From NCBI GenBank assembly GCA_945921465.1, contig CAMEKS010000002.1, positions 189 through 64,188 on the forward strand: 64,000 nt of DNA, read 5' to 3'. The stretch comes from an uncultured Clostridia bacterium (GTDB taxonomy: Bacteria > Bacillota > Clostridia > Christensenellales > UBA1242). The translations under genes were made by a program, and so were the position numbers. Shown piece after piece: positions 9,901 to 19,303 of the stretch (the stretch's first letter is position 1; every line of letters starts with the position of its first letter). The notes under the pieces are model-generated. The model was not told the origin of the DNA. It did not search any database and was given only the letters and a program-made list of their open reading frames with translations.

Positions 9901-10751
9901 ATACACCAACCAAAATTACTTTTGTAAGAATTTTACTTACACCACTTATGTTTTTCTTTTATTTTGCTGATTTTATTCCTTATAATTTAGGCAAATTATT
10001 TGCTTTTGTTACTTTACTTATTGCTTGTACAACCGATTTTTTGGATGGATATATTGCAAGAAAATATAATATGGTTACAGATATGGGCAAATTTTTGGAT
10101 CCAATTGCAGACAAACTTCTTGCGACAACTGCTTTGTTACTACTAATTATCGGGTCTGATCCAGTAATTCCAACTATAATTGGTTCAATATATTTCTTTA
10201 TGAATTTGCAGCGAGATTATGTCATAACTGGCTTTAGACAAATAGCACAATTAAAAGGTTTGGTTATTGCTGCAGATAAGCCAGGCAAACTAAAGGCAAT
10301 ATTCCTATACTCATCCTTAAATGTTGCAATGTTCTATTCGTATATCCGAGTATTTGATTTTGCACAAGGATTATTTGGCCAAATATATATGGGGGTATTG
10401 TATGCCCTAATTGTATTAGCAGTTTTATTTATGATTATTTCTGAGATTAATTACTTTGTCAAAAATCCTACAGTCTTAAAAGAACGAGCTGTAACTGTCA
10501 CTAAAGAAGTTGATAATCAGCCAATTGTTGACAATAATAGTTCTATCGAAAAAATTACCAAAGATGAAACTGAAAAGAATGATATGGCAAAAATTTCTGA
10601 ACATTCAGTGGATGATAAAATCAACAAATCTAAAACAAGAAAGTCTGTAAGCAATAAGAAAACTACCGCGTCCAAATCGCATAATAATGCGACAACTAAA
10701 ACTACGAAGACATCACCTAAGAAATCTAGCATTACGAAAAAAACAAAATAA
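9897..10751 (+). CDS. pgsA: CDP-diacylglycerol--glycerol-3-phosphate 3-phosphatidyltransferase with a basic C-terminal tail
   Basis: CDP-alcohol phosphatidyltransferase motif DFLDGYIARKYNMVTDMGKFLDPIADK. An ATGA overlap couples it to rimO. It carries about 90 extra Lys/Thr/Ser-rich residues. Confidence 0.88.
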   Translation: MNTPTKITFVRILLTPLMFFFYFADFIPYNLGKLFAFVTLLIACTTDFLDGYIARKYNMVTDMGKFLDPIADKLLATTALLLLIIGSDPVIPTIIGSIYFFMNLQRDYVITGFRQIAQLKGLVIAADKPGKLKAIFLYSSLNVAMFYSYIRVFDFAQGLFGQIYMGVLYALIVLAVLFMIISEINYFVKNPTVLKERAVTVTKEVDNQPIVDNNSSIEKITKDETEKNDMAKISEHSVDDKINKSKTRKSVSNKKTTASKSHNNATTKTTKTSPKKSSITKKTK

Positions 10752-11019
10752 GATTAATTTATAGTTTTATTTGCTTTATAATTATTCAATTATGCTTAAT
10801 TGATAAACAATTTTATTATCTTTTTATTAAAAGGAATACATTATCGCAATGATTTGTATGTATTGTAATATCAGTTGTTATTAATTATTTGAATATATTA
10901 ATCTCAATAGGAAATGTAAATAATTTAACATTTTGAATTGATAACCATAATAATTAATTTACTGTCTCTTACTTAACAATTATCTAAATTAATTATGGCT
11001 GTAATTATTTTACTTAAGG

Positions 11020-12255
11020 GTGCAAATATATAATTGTATGAACTACTCGTTTTTGGATATTGATTATCAGGTTGCGACCAAATCGAAATTATCGGAATGG
11101 TTGCGTAATAATCTCAATAAATATAACCTGAATATGACTTATTATGCAGCCATAGATTTTTCTTGTGATACTATTAAGCAAGTGTTAAGTACAATACCTA
11201 ATGATTTGATTTTTATTCAATTAAGCAGTGATTATGCCAAGAATACCAAACTAAAAGAAACTTTATGCGAATGTTTTAATTCATTTTTGGTTAAGAACAC
11301 CGCTTGCAGTTTTGCGATAGAGAGCTATTTAAGATTACACAATGGCGATATTAGTGAGGATAATGGCTGGGAACAAGAGTCAATTATTCCAGATGGTGCC
11401 GAACCGCTAACGTCGGATTTGAATTTTGTTCAAGGTTATGCTATGCATTACAAAAATATTTATTTTTGTTTTTTGCCGCCTAAGATTGATAGTGTACAAG
11501 ACATTTTAGATAACAAATTGGGTAATATGTTGGCTAAATTATATTCTTTACCAACCGAATTTATTTACTTCAAGACTTATGGCGTTACAAAAGAATATCT
11601 AGATAATGCACTAGATATGTTCAGGAAAAATAGTATAGGGATTAACATTTGTGTAGAAACTAATAATTTAGATTCTCTTATATCTATAGGGTATTGTAAG
11701 AATGCTGACAAATCCGAAGTGGACGAGTATGTGTCGCACATTTGCGAGACGATTAATAAGCATATATATGCCACCGAGAATATAAGTGCTGAGAGGGCAC
11801 TTTTAGATTATATTAAATTAACTAACAAGACTATATCCATCTTAGAAACTATATCTTTAGGTACATTTTTTGCAGATTTGGCAGATTGCGATAGCGATAT
11901 TGTGTGCAAAAATATAGTCAAGCACTTTGCCACTGCAGATGTGGTCAAAAATCCAATAATAAATGTTGATGTTAACAAATTGGTAGCCAATAACGTTTTT
12001 TCGGTAGAGTCCGCATACGAATTGGCTGCATCTATGATAGAACAGAATGATAGCGATATTTCGGTTGTATCATTGGGATTATATGGTGGCGAGCATAATG
12101 ACACCAAATGCTATTTGGCAATCGGCGATGAGGATGGAATTCATATCTACAAGTCTACTTATCATGGGAATAAGGCAGAGGTTATAAGCACCATAAAAAA
12201 CAATATTTGTTTCTATTTAATTAGAAAATTAAAGCAAAATGAATTATACATTTAA
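11020..12255 (+). CDS. CinA-like protein, highly divergent (MoCF-like N-domain plus PncC-like C-domain, motifs degenerate)
   Basis: Collinear similarity to CinA. LIFIQLSSDYAKNTKLKETL corresponds to LVILTGGLGPTKDDLTK, IIPDGAEPLTS...YFCFLPP to LVPEGATVLPN...ILLPGPP, and ETISLG to ESCTGG. It occupies the cinA slot after pgsA. The start is uncertain (GTG 11020 or ATG 11038). Confidence 0.55.
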   Translation: MQIYNCMNYSFLDIDYQVATKSKLSEWLRNNLNKYNLNMTYYAAIDFSCDTIKQVLSTIPNDLIFIQLSSDYAKNTKLKETLCECFNSFLVKNTACSFAIESYLRLHNGDISEDNGWEQESIIPDGAEPLTSDLNFVQGYAMHYKNIYFCFLPPKIDSVQDILDNKLGNMLAKLYSLPTEFIYFKTYGVTKEYLDNALDMFRKNSIGINICVETNNLDSLISIGYCKNADKSEVDEYVSHICETINKHIYATENISAERALLDYIKLTNKTISILETISLGTFFADLADCDSDIVCKNIVKHFATADVVKNPIINVDVNKLVANNVFSVESAYELAASMIEQNDSDISVVSLGLYGGEHNDTKCYLAIGDEDGIHIYKSTYHGNKAEVISTIKNNICFYLIRKLKQNELYI

Positions 12256-12261
12256 TATTCT

Positions 12262-12313
12262 AAAATCAGCTAGGTTAGCGCAATCAAACCTCTTTATCTA
12301 GCTGATTTTTTTA
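12262..12313 (+). terminator. rho-independent terminator after the cinA-like gene
   Basis: AAAATCAGCTAG ... CTAGCTGATTTT 12-bp stem followed by a T-run. Confidence 0.7.
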
Positions 12314-12487
12314 TTATAAATAAATTATTTGTTTTGTAACCAACTATTTACATATAAATATATATTTGTATGTAATATAATAATTTTTATTCATATTTTT
12401 CAGAAAATTTATAAAAAAATTAAAGTGAATTGTTAATCGATTATTGTATATAATAATGGAGTTTTATAAAATAAAGGATTAATCGTA

Positions 12488-14266
12488 TTGGATAAGGGCG
12501 GAATATCTGCTGATTGGGTAAGCAACCTGAAGAATAATGTTAATATTGTTACCGTTGCCAACAAGTATATCAAGTTGGATCGACGTGGCAAACTGTATTG
12601 GGCCTGCTGTCCGTTTCATTTGGAGAAGACGGCTTCTTTTGCTATCAACGAGGTTGAGCAATTTTTTAAGTGTTATGGATGTGGTGTTAGCGGTGATGTT
12701 ATCAGTTTTGTGCAGAAGATAGAATCGTTAGATTTTATTGAAGCGTGCAAAATGCTTGCTGAGAGTTGTAATATGGAACTGCCTGTGTTCAAAGTTGACA
12801 ATTCGGTTGCTTTATTGAAAAAGAAAAAAGATACATATCTTAATATACTTAAGGCAGCAGCAAAACATTATTATTACAATCTTAATAATCCTCAGAGCAA
12901 ACCTGCCTTAGATTATATTGCCAAGCGTCAATTGGACAAGCAAACTGTTACTGATTTCGCTATAGGATATAGTCTGGGCTGGAATGAAGTAGTTAATTAC
13001 CTTAGTAGTTTGGGTTATTCTAAGGAAGATATGGTGGGCTCGGGCGTAGTAGAATGTAAGGGCAATAATTATTTTGATGCACAAGCCAAGCGATTAGTAT
13101 TCCCAATAATAAATAGTTATAACGAAGTTATAGGCTTTAGTGCAAGGATATTGGAGACCTCTGATTTTGCTAAATACAAGAACACCGCACAAACATTGCT
13201 TTTCGATAAATCTAAGACAGTATATAATATTAATAATATCAAAAAGTTGAAGAATACTGTAGGATTGAATGAAATTATTATAGTCGAAGGGCAGATGGAT
13301 GTAATATCTCTATATCGCAGTGGTGTAAGGAATGCTGTTGCTTGTATGGGTACTGCTTTGACACAATTTCATGCAAAAGAATTAAAAAGATTTACGGACA
13401 AAGTGGTTGTTTGTTTTGATGGCGATGGGGCGGGGATTAAAGCGACATTAAGGTCATTAGAAATATTAGTATCTGCTGGACTTAATGTGTATGTGGCTAG
13501 CCTGCCTGCAGGCGTTGATCCAGATGAATTTGTATTGAAATATGGCAAGGCAGAATATGACAAATTGATTACTAATGCGAGATATTGGGTAGAATATCTG
13601 ATATATTATAATTTAAGCAAGTATAATATCTCTAAATCTGAAGAAAAAAATAAGTTTATAAGAGAATGCCTTGGCATCATTAATACACTTAATTCAGCAG
13701 CCGAAAAAGATATATATCTAGCCAAAATTAGAGATATAACCAATATATCAATATCTGTACTTAAGGAAGATTTGAAGAATTTTGGTACCGATGAGACCAT
13801 AGACAAGATCGATTCACCTAAGGCTAATTCGGAGCCTAACTTAAGAGAAAATGCATATGTTAAGGCAGATAAGTTTGTTATAGCAGCATTGCTATATAAG
13901 AAGCCTTATGCCAAACTTCAACCAGAAATTAAAACAAATCTGAAGAATAATGATTATGTTAAGATATACGAATATATCGAAGAGCAACTTTCTATAGGGA
14001 ATGTTCCTAAGGTTAGTAGTGTATTTGATATGTTTAATGTTGATGATAATTCTGATGTGTATGATGTAGTTAATTTTGAATTTAATCCAATGGAGGATAA
14101 TGAGAAATATTATAACGATTGCGTTAGTACACTAGCAAGTTTTGGACTGCTTATGCAACAAGAAGAATTAACCAAGAGACTTAAAGAGACCAAAGATAAT
14201 AACGAAAGATTGCAACTGGCCAAAGAGTTGCAAGCCTTAATAATGAAAAGAAAAGGACAAAATTAG
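12488..14266 (+). CDS. dnaG: DNA primase DnaG
   Basis: CHC2 zinc finger ([11 protein letters not shown]...CYGCGVSGD) and TOPRIM domain ([17 protein letters not shown]). TTG start with an AAAGGA RBS. Confidence 0.92.
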   Translation: MDKGGISADWVSNLKNNVNIVTVANKYIKLDRRGKLYWACCPFHLEKTASFAINEVEQFFKCYGCGVSGDVISFVQKIESLDFIEACKMLAESCNMELPVFKVDNSVALLKKKKDTYLNILKAAAKHYYYNLNNPQSKPALDYIAKRQLDKQTVTDFAIGYSLGWNEVVNYLSSLGYSKEDMVGSGVVECKGNNYFDAQAKRLVFPIINSYNEVIGFSARILETSDFAKYKNTAQTLLFDKSKTVYNINNIKKLKNTVGLNEIIIVEGQMDVISLYRSGVRNAVACMGTALTQFHAKELKRFTDKVVVCFDGDGAGIKATLRSLEILVSAGLNVYVASLPAGVDPDEFVLKYGKAEYDKLITNARYWVEYLIYYNLSKYNISKSEEKNKFIRECLGIINTLNSAAEKDIYLAKIRDITNISISVLKEDLKNFGTDETIDKIDSPKANSEPNLRENAYVKADKFVIAALLYKKPYAKLQPEIKTNLKNNDYVKIYEYIEEQLSIGNVPKVSSVFDMFNVDDNSDVYDVVNFEFNPMEDNEKYYNDCVSTLASFGLLMQQEELTKRLKETKDNNERLQLAKELQALIMKRKGQN

Positions 14267-14268
14267 AA

Positions 14269-15324
14269 ATGTTAAACGCTAATATACAAAAAGATTTGCA
14301 GACAATAGTAAAAAAATATGGCAGAGTAGGGTCAATTTCGCAAGAGGAGTTGTTTGACAAATTGACTCAGCACGACTTGACATCCGAAGAGTATAATGAA
14401 GTAACCGAATATTTGGCGAATGAGAATATTATAGTAGAGTCGCTAGATGAAGAAATTAAGGATAGTGACCTAAAGCAAATTATTAGTAATGTTAAGGTTG
14501 ATGACCCTGTAAAAATGTACCTCAAAGATATTGGTACTGTTCAATTACTTACAGCTGAACAAGAAGTGGAATTGGCAAAGAGAATATTAGAAGGCGATGA
14601 GCACGCCAAAGCAGAACTGAGTGAGAGAAATCTTAAGCTGGTTGTGTCTATAGCCAAAAAGTATGTTAATCGTAGCAGTATGCAGTTCTTAGACCTAATC
14701 CAAGAGGGCAATTTGGGCTTGTTAAAAGCTGTAGAAAAGTTTGATTATACCAAAGGTTTTAGATTTAGTACATATGCTACTTGGTGGATTAGGCAGGCAA
14801 TAACTAGAGCAATTGCTGACCAAGCAAGAACAATTAGAATACCAGTACATATGGTAGAGACTATTCATAGACTTAGTCGTGTAAGTAAACAGTTGATGCA
14901 AGAACTAGGCAGAGATCCATCCAATTCAGAGATAGCGGAGCGTATGGGTATTACCGAACAACGTGTATGCGAGATTCAGAAAATCGCCCAAGACCCAGTT
15001 TCTATAGAGAGTCCAGTAGGAGAGGAAGACGAGAGTAAAATAGGTGATTTCTTAGAGGATGAGAGCATTAAGTCGCCTACAGACGATGCGACACAGAGTT
15101 TGCTTAAGGTTCAGTTGATGTCTGTTATTGAGACTCTTACTCCTAGAGAGCAAAAAGTTATCAGACTTAGATACGGACTAGATGATAATCATCCTAGGAC
15201 GCTAGAAGAGGTCGGAAGAGACTTCAATGTTACAAGGGAACGTATTAGACAAATAGAAGCCAAGGCTTTGAGGAAGTTACGTAATCCTAACCGAAGTAAA
15301 AAATTAATGGATTATATGGAATAA
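14269..15324 (+). CDS. sigA: RNA polymerase primary sigma factor SigA/RpoD
   Basis: Regions 1.2-4.2 including [30 protein letters not shown] and [20 protein letters not shown]. In the dnaG-sigA order. Confidence 0.95.
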   Translation: MLNANIQKDLQTIVKKYGRVGSISQEELFDKLTQHDLTSEEYNEVTEYLANENIIVESLDEEIKDSDLKQIISNVKVDDPVKMYLKDIGTVQLLTAEQEVELAKRILEGDEHAKAELSERNLKLVVSIAKKYVNRSSMQFLDLIQEGNLGLLKAVEKFDYTKGFRFSTYATWWIRQAITRAIADQARTIRIPVHMVETIHRLSRVSKQLMQELGRDPSNSEIAERMGITEQRVCEIQKIAQDPVSIESPVGEEDESKIGDFLEDESIKSPTDDATQSLLKVQLMSVIETLTPREQKVIRLRYGLDDNHPRTLEEVGRDFNVTRERIRQIEAKALRKLRNPNRSKKLMDYME

Positions 15325-16007
15325 TGATAACTAACAAATTATCCAAACGAATGAAACAGATTTGCCAATTTGTAGATGGCGGAGTGGTGGCAGATATTGG
15401 CTGCGATCATGGAAAAATAATGAATAAACTACTGAAAGACGGCATCGTTAAATACGCAATTTGTAGTGATATTAGCCAACAGAGTGCTGAGAAAGCGAGA
15501 CAATTATTTGCTATTAACCTTATAGATCCATCAAGATATGAGATTATATATGGCGATGGGTTCGAAAATATAGATACTAGTAAGCTAGATTGTGCTATTA
15601 TAGCAGGGATGGGTGGTGAAGAAATTATTAAGATTATATCTGCCACTAAGTCATTGCCCAAAACTCTAATATTACAACCCCAAAAGCACGAGATAGATGT
15701 TAAGAAATATGTCTTGACTAGGGGATATGCTATAGTGGGTGATATTATTATATATGATGTAGGCAAATTCTACAACGTCATAAAATGTCAATATGTTGGC
15801 GATGTTCAGCAAATTGCAGAATTTGATATATTATTTGGCAAAGATAATTTTGCAAATAATGCTGATTTTGGTTTGTACATACAATATATGCGAAATAAAT
15901 GTTTGGCATTGGTCGGCAAAAATGCTACACTAAATGGGATGAAAGTGGAAGATTATCTGACATATATCGATTTGGCAGATAGTAAATGGAGGAAAAATAA
16001 TGAATAA
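15324..16007 (+). CDS. trmK: tRNA (adenine(22)-N(1))-methyltransferase TrmK
   Basis: LSKRMKQI...VADIGCDHG...IAGMGGEEI pattern as in B. subtilis YqfN. Sits downstream of sigA. Confidence 0.8.
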   Translation: MITNKLSKRMKQICQFVDGGVVADIGCDHGKIMNKLLKDGIVKYAICSDISQQSAEKARQLFAINLIDPSRYEIIYGDGFENIDTSKLDCAIIAGMGGEEIIKIISATKSLPKTLILQPQKHEIDVKKYVLTRGYAIVGDIIIYDVGKFYNVIKCQYVGDVQQIAEFDILFGKDNFANNADFGLYIQYMRNKCLALVGKNATLNGMKVEDYLTYIDLADSKWRKNNE

Positions 16008-16689
16008 AATAATAGAGTATCAGTCAATGGATCTAGAATTGGAGAGATTGAATAAACAAAAGGACAATCTAGAAGAATTGAAAGTAATTGACAAGATGCG
16101 TAATGTAGTCAAAGAAGCTCAAGGCAAGAGCATCAAAATGGAAAATGATGCGAAGTCCCTTCTTGATGAATACAACCAACTAAAAGCAAAATATGAGAAA
16201 CAACATAAAGAAATTCAGCGACTGACTAATCTAGATGTCAATTCTATGGACAAGAGTCAAATATATGATACATTGACCAAAATCAATTCAATTAGTTCTG
16301 AAATATTTATGATAGAACGAAATCTTAATATAATTATTAATAAGATTGGTAGAGCGCTGAAAGATTTTGAAACAAACAAAAATCAGGCTGTAATGGCAAG
16401 AAATAAGCATAAAGAAGCAAAAGATCAATATTCGGCTAAAGTTGCACAAATCGAGCCTAAAATTGCTAAACTGCAGGAAGAGTTAAAAGCAAAAGAAAAA
16501 GAATTAGATCAAACTTTATTTGCAAAATACAAAACGATGAAGAATGACGGAATTTTCCCTGTATTTGCTAAATTAACCAATGATGCTTGTGGTTATTGTC
16601 GCATAGAAGTTCCTAAGAACAAATTGGATAATCTAAAAGGCAACAATACAATTATTTGCGAGCATTGTAGGCGTATAATTTATCGCTAA
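16000..16689 (+). CDS. zinc-ribbon/coiled-coil protein (COG1579, DUF164 family)
   Basis: Long coiled coil with a C-terminal CGYC...CEHC zinc ribbon. Usual partner of trmK/nif3 loci. Confidence 0.75.
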   Translation: MNKIIEYQSMDLELERLNKQKDNLEELKVIDKMRNVVKEAQGKSIKMENDAKSLLDEYNQLKAKYEKQHKEIQRLTNLDVNSMDKSQIYDTLTKINSISSEIFMIERNLNIIINKIGRALKDFETNKNQAVMARNKHKEAKDQYSAKVAQIEPKIAKLQEELKAKEKELDQTLFAKYKTMKNDGIFPVFAKLTNDACGYCRIEVPKNKLDNLKGNNTIICEHCRRIIYR

Positions 16690-16711
16690 TTTCTTCACGG
16701 CTGATGTTGTG
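16684..16711. repeat. left copy of a 28-nt imperfect direct repeat (CGCTAATTTCTTCACGGCTGATGTTGTG)
   Basis: 24/28 identical to 17119-17146 in the same orientation. It starts in the last sense codon and stop codon of the zinc-ribbon gene. Confidence 0.85.
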
Positions 16712-17146
16712 CCGGCGTGTCTATAATTTTTGGTTAACGCAATTAATAAAATACCTATATTTCTCCACTGGCAACGGTAAAGTTGAGGTGTTCGAAATAT
16801 AGGTATTTATTTTTGCGTATATTATTGCTTTACCGACACGCTGGCAATCCACCTCAGGTGGTGCTCGAGGAGGGATAGTCAAAGTACCACGCAAGTGGAC
16901 CTTGAGATATCCCGAAGACGTAAACAATCTATATGTCAGGCGTCATTCTTGACGGCTGGGCGCACGATAATGTGCGTTGGGTGTTAACCCAACAACACAT
17001 AGATTTAATTATTTGCTCTTAGAATAATAAGGACGAGAGATAAGTATAGGGGAACAATCGCCGAGATGTGCCCGTAATGAGGGAGTGTGATTATATGCAA
17101 TATTGATAAGCTTAATGCCGCTTACTTCTTCAAGGCTGATGTAGTG
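16685..17146 (+). ncRNA. unclassified structured RNA candidate (G+C-enriched multi-helix element)
   Basis: Nested helices at 16711-16721/16835-16845, 16849-16861 and 16872-16877/16908-16913, the last enclosing a CCAC-GCAA-GUGG hairpin. Helix 16926-16936/16995-17005 closes three hairpins. Three G-U pairs favour the + strand and one favours the - strand. A TATAAT lies at 16674-16679 on +. No coding potential. Class unknown. Confidence 0.4.
17119..17146. repeat. right copy of the 28-nt imperfect direct repeat (CGCTTACTTCTTCAAGGCTGATGTAGTG)
   Basis: 24/28 identical to 16684-16711, offset 435 nt. Confidence 0.85.
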
Positions 17147-17251
17147 AATATAAAAATAGAGACAACGAGTGTGGTTATATTTTGGTTGTCGATATATTAA
17201 TTTTCTCACTATTAAAAATATTTTACATATTTTTAACTGATACAAAAATAT

Positions 17252-17280
17252 TTGACATATTTATGCCAATTTGATAGTTT
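17252..17280 (+). promoter_or_regulatory. sigma-A type promoter for the LRR surface protein gene
   Basis: TTGACA at 17252-17257, a 17-nt spacer, then extended -10 TGaTAGTTT. Confidence 0.4.
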
Positions 17281-17391
17281 AGGGGTGTATGATATTTTCT
17301 ATATATTTACCTAAATTTTTGGTTAAAAGTTAATTAAATTGTTGCTTGTATTATTCAACCTATTACTTGTTTTATTAAGGAGGAATTGGTT

Positions 17392-19047
17392 ATGTCGAAG
17401 AAAGAAAAAGTATTAATAATAGCGTTATTTGTGACTTTTTCTGTAATAATTGTTGCTTTGTCTATCACATTTGTATTAGTTTCTCGTATAGTTACTGTTG
17501 GCACCGCTATGAATATTACATTTACTTCTAAAGAAATTGCTTGTATTATTACTGGTAGCGCCAAATACAAATACTTGGGCACCGAAGATGAATATACCTA
17601 TGTAAATGTAGTAGGCACTAGTGAGACATCCATTATGTTGACATTTAAGGCTGGTGTAGAATACAATGACGTCTATACTATGGCTTTTGATAAAATAGAT
17701 ATAGGAGAGAATGGCGAGGCAGTATATGCCTTTAGTATAGAGAATACTGGCACTAAGACCATCTGCGCAAAAGTGTCTGTTGGTGAAGTCACTAATATGG
17801 TACGTAGTATAACAGCGGGTGAATATTATACTAGTACCGAGGGTGTGGGCGGATACATTATTAATGCTGGTCAGACCAGGGATTTTGAGATAAAACTGAC
17901 TGTAGACAACAAAGGGCAAAATGCCTTAGCCGCTGATGACATATCTATGGTTTTGGCAACAGAATTTGATGAATCAAATATTGCTGCAACAGTGGTTGAT
18001 CACGATGGTGCAGTGATTGCGGTAGCAGATAATACTAGCAATACTATTCAGTTGCCAGCCAACACCAAGACTACATCAATAGACGATAATGGCACAACCA
18101 AATATTTCCAAGGATATCTTAAGACTACCACTACCGCTATTAATTCTAACGATTATAACAATAATTATTCTGATTACAAATACACTGCTATAACAACATT
18201 ACCTAGCAACTTAATTCTGCCATTCCAAGAAGTAACAATTTCTGCAGGAGACATATTTACATCTTATTACGATGTAGACCCAAGCGAAATATCTAATTAC
18301 ACATTTCAAAATAACGCAACCAACAATGGCTGGTCAATAACAGGCTATTCTGGCTTTGATACAGAATTAATCTTACCAACTTTGTATCAAGGTAAATTAG
18401 TGACAGGGATAGGCAAATCTGCATTCAGGGGCTGTACCAGCTTAACCAATATAACCATCCCAAGCAGCTTAACCAGTATAGACTATAATGCATTCTCTGG
18501 CTGTACTAGCTTAACAGGAGTATATATATCTGATTTGTCTAAATGGTGCAACATATCTTTTGGTAATTATGCTGCGAATCCGTTATATTATGCACATAAT
18601 TTATATATTGATGGTGTGTTGTTGACTACGCTTACTATACCAAGCGATATCACAGAGATAAAAGACTATGCATTCAATTACTGTACCAGCTTAATCAGTA
18701 TAGAAATCCCCAATAGTGTAACCAGTATAGATGGATGGGCATTCGATGGCTGTAGCGGCTTAACCAGTATAACCATCCCAAGCAGTGTAACCAGTATAGG
18801 CGAATCTGCATTCTATGGCTGTACCAGCTTAACCAGTATATCTATCCCAAGCAGTGTAACCAGTATAGGCAGCTATGCATTCTATGGCTGCAGTAGTCTG
18901 AACGATGTTGCATTTAGTGATACTGCTTCAAAATGGTCAGTAACAAGTGGTTCAACCACTGTAGAACTGAGCGTAGGTAATAGTGGTACAAATGCTACTA
19001 ATTTGAAATCAACTTATAGTGATTATACTTGGACCAAAAAACAGTAA
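17392..19047 (+). CDS. membrane-anchored surface protein with BspA-type leucine-rich repeats
   Basis: AAGGAGG RBS 8 nt before the ATG at 17392 and an N-terminal TM anchor. The C-terminal half consists of 23-aa repeats of the form AFxGCTSLTSIxIPSSVTSIGxx. Confidence 0.8.
   Translation: MSKKEKVLIIALFVTFSVIIVALSITFVLVSRIVTVGTAMNITFTSKEIACIITGSAKYKYLGTEDEYTYVNVVGTSETSIMLTFKAGVEYNDVYTMAFDKIDIGENGEAVYAFSIENTGTKTICAKVSVGEVTNMVRSITAGEYYTSTEGVGGYIINAGQTRDFEIKLTVDNKGQNALAADDISMVLATEFDESNIAATVVDHDGAVIAVADNTSNTIQLPANTKTTSIDDNGTTKYFQGYLKTTTTAINSNDYNNNYSDYKYTAITTLPSNLILPFQEVTISAGDIFTSYYDVDPSEISNYTFQNNATNNGWSITGYSGFDTELILPTLYQGKLVTGIGKSAFRGCTSLTNITIPSSLTSIDYNAFSGCTSLTGVYISDLSKWCNISFGNYAANPLYYAHNLYIDGVLLTTLTIPSDITEIKDYAFNYCTSLISIEIPNSVTSIDGWAFDGCSGLTSITIPSSVTSIGESAFYGCTSLTSISIPSSVTSIGSYAFYGCSSLNDVAFSDTASKWSVTSGSTTVELSVGNSGTNATNLKSTYSDYTWTKKQ
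18421..18912 (+). repeat. tandem 69-bp coding repeats (LRR units)
   Basis: Units starting at 18739, 18808 and 18877 are exactly 69 nt apart and nearly identical. More diverged units lie upstream from about 18421. Confidence 0.85.
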
Positions 19048-19175
19048 TAGTTGGTATTATCAGAATTTTTGTCTGAATGCACACTAGCAAAGCGAGTGTA
19101 TATTCAAGCAAAAAAATATGTATAGACTAAGGTATTGTTGAAATTTGAATTATAGGCTACTTATTATATGAATAT

Positions 19176-19229
19176 AAAAAAACTAAGTTAAGTTAGGTCG
19201 CTATTGCCTAATTAATAACTTAGTTTTTT
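19176..19229. terminator. bidirectional rho-independent terminator between convergent genes
   Basis: A-run, then the long hairpin ACTAAGTTAAGTTAGG...CCTAATTAATAACTTAGT, then a T-run. Confidence 0.75.
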
Positions 19230-19303
19230 CTGTTATTTAAGTCGTTACAAAATAATGCTGTGAGTCCTAAGGAGTATACTTCATTTGTCTTGTTGATTGT
19301 ATA

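Noticed and set aside
16685-17146. Calling the structured element RNase P RNA (rnpB)
   Set aside because: Several short strings and the genomic position are reminiscent of rnpB. I could not find the universal GAGGAAAGUCC (CR-I) on either strand, nor an ACAGAA/GGCUUA P4 partner. The two ends are direct repeats rather than complementary, so no P1 can form. It is kept as an unclassified ncRNA candidate.
16685-17385. Riboswitch or group I ribozyme leader controlling the downstream LRR surface protein gene, by analogy with c-di-GMP-regulated surface proteins
   Set aside because: I recognised no GEMM-I, GEMM-II, T-box, cobalamin, TPP or c-di-AMP core motifs. The LRR gene has its own promoter-like element at 17252-17280, downstream of the structured block. 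Group I core elements could not be identified by eye.
18421-18912. Possible CRISPR array, because of regular 69-bp repeats
   Set aside because: The repeats are in-frame coding units (23-aa LRR modules) inside an intact ORF, with no unique spacers and no cas genes nearby.
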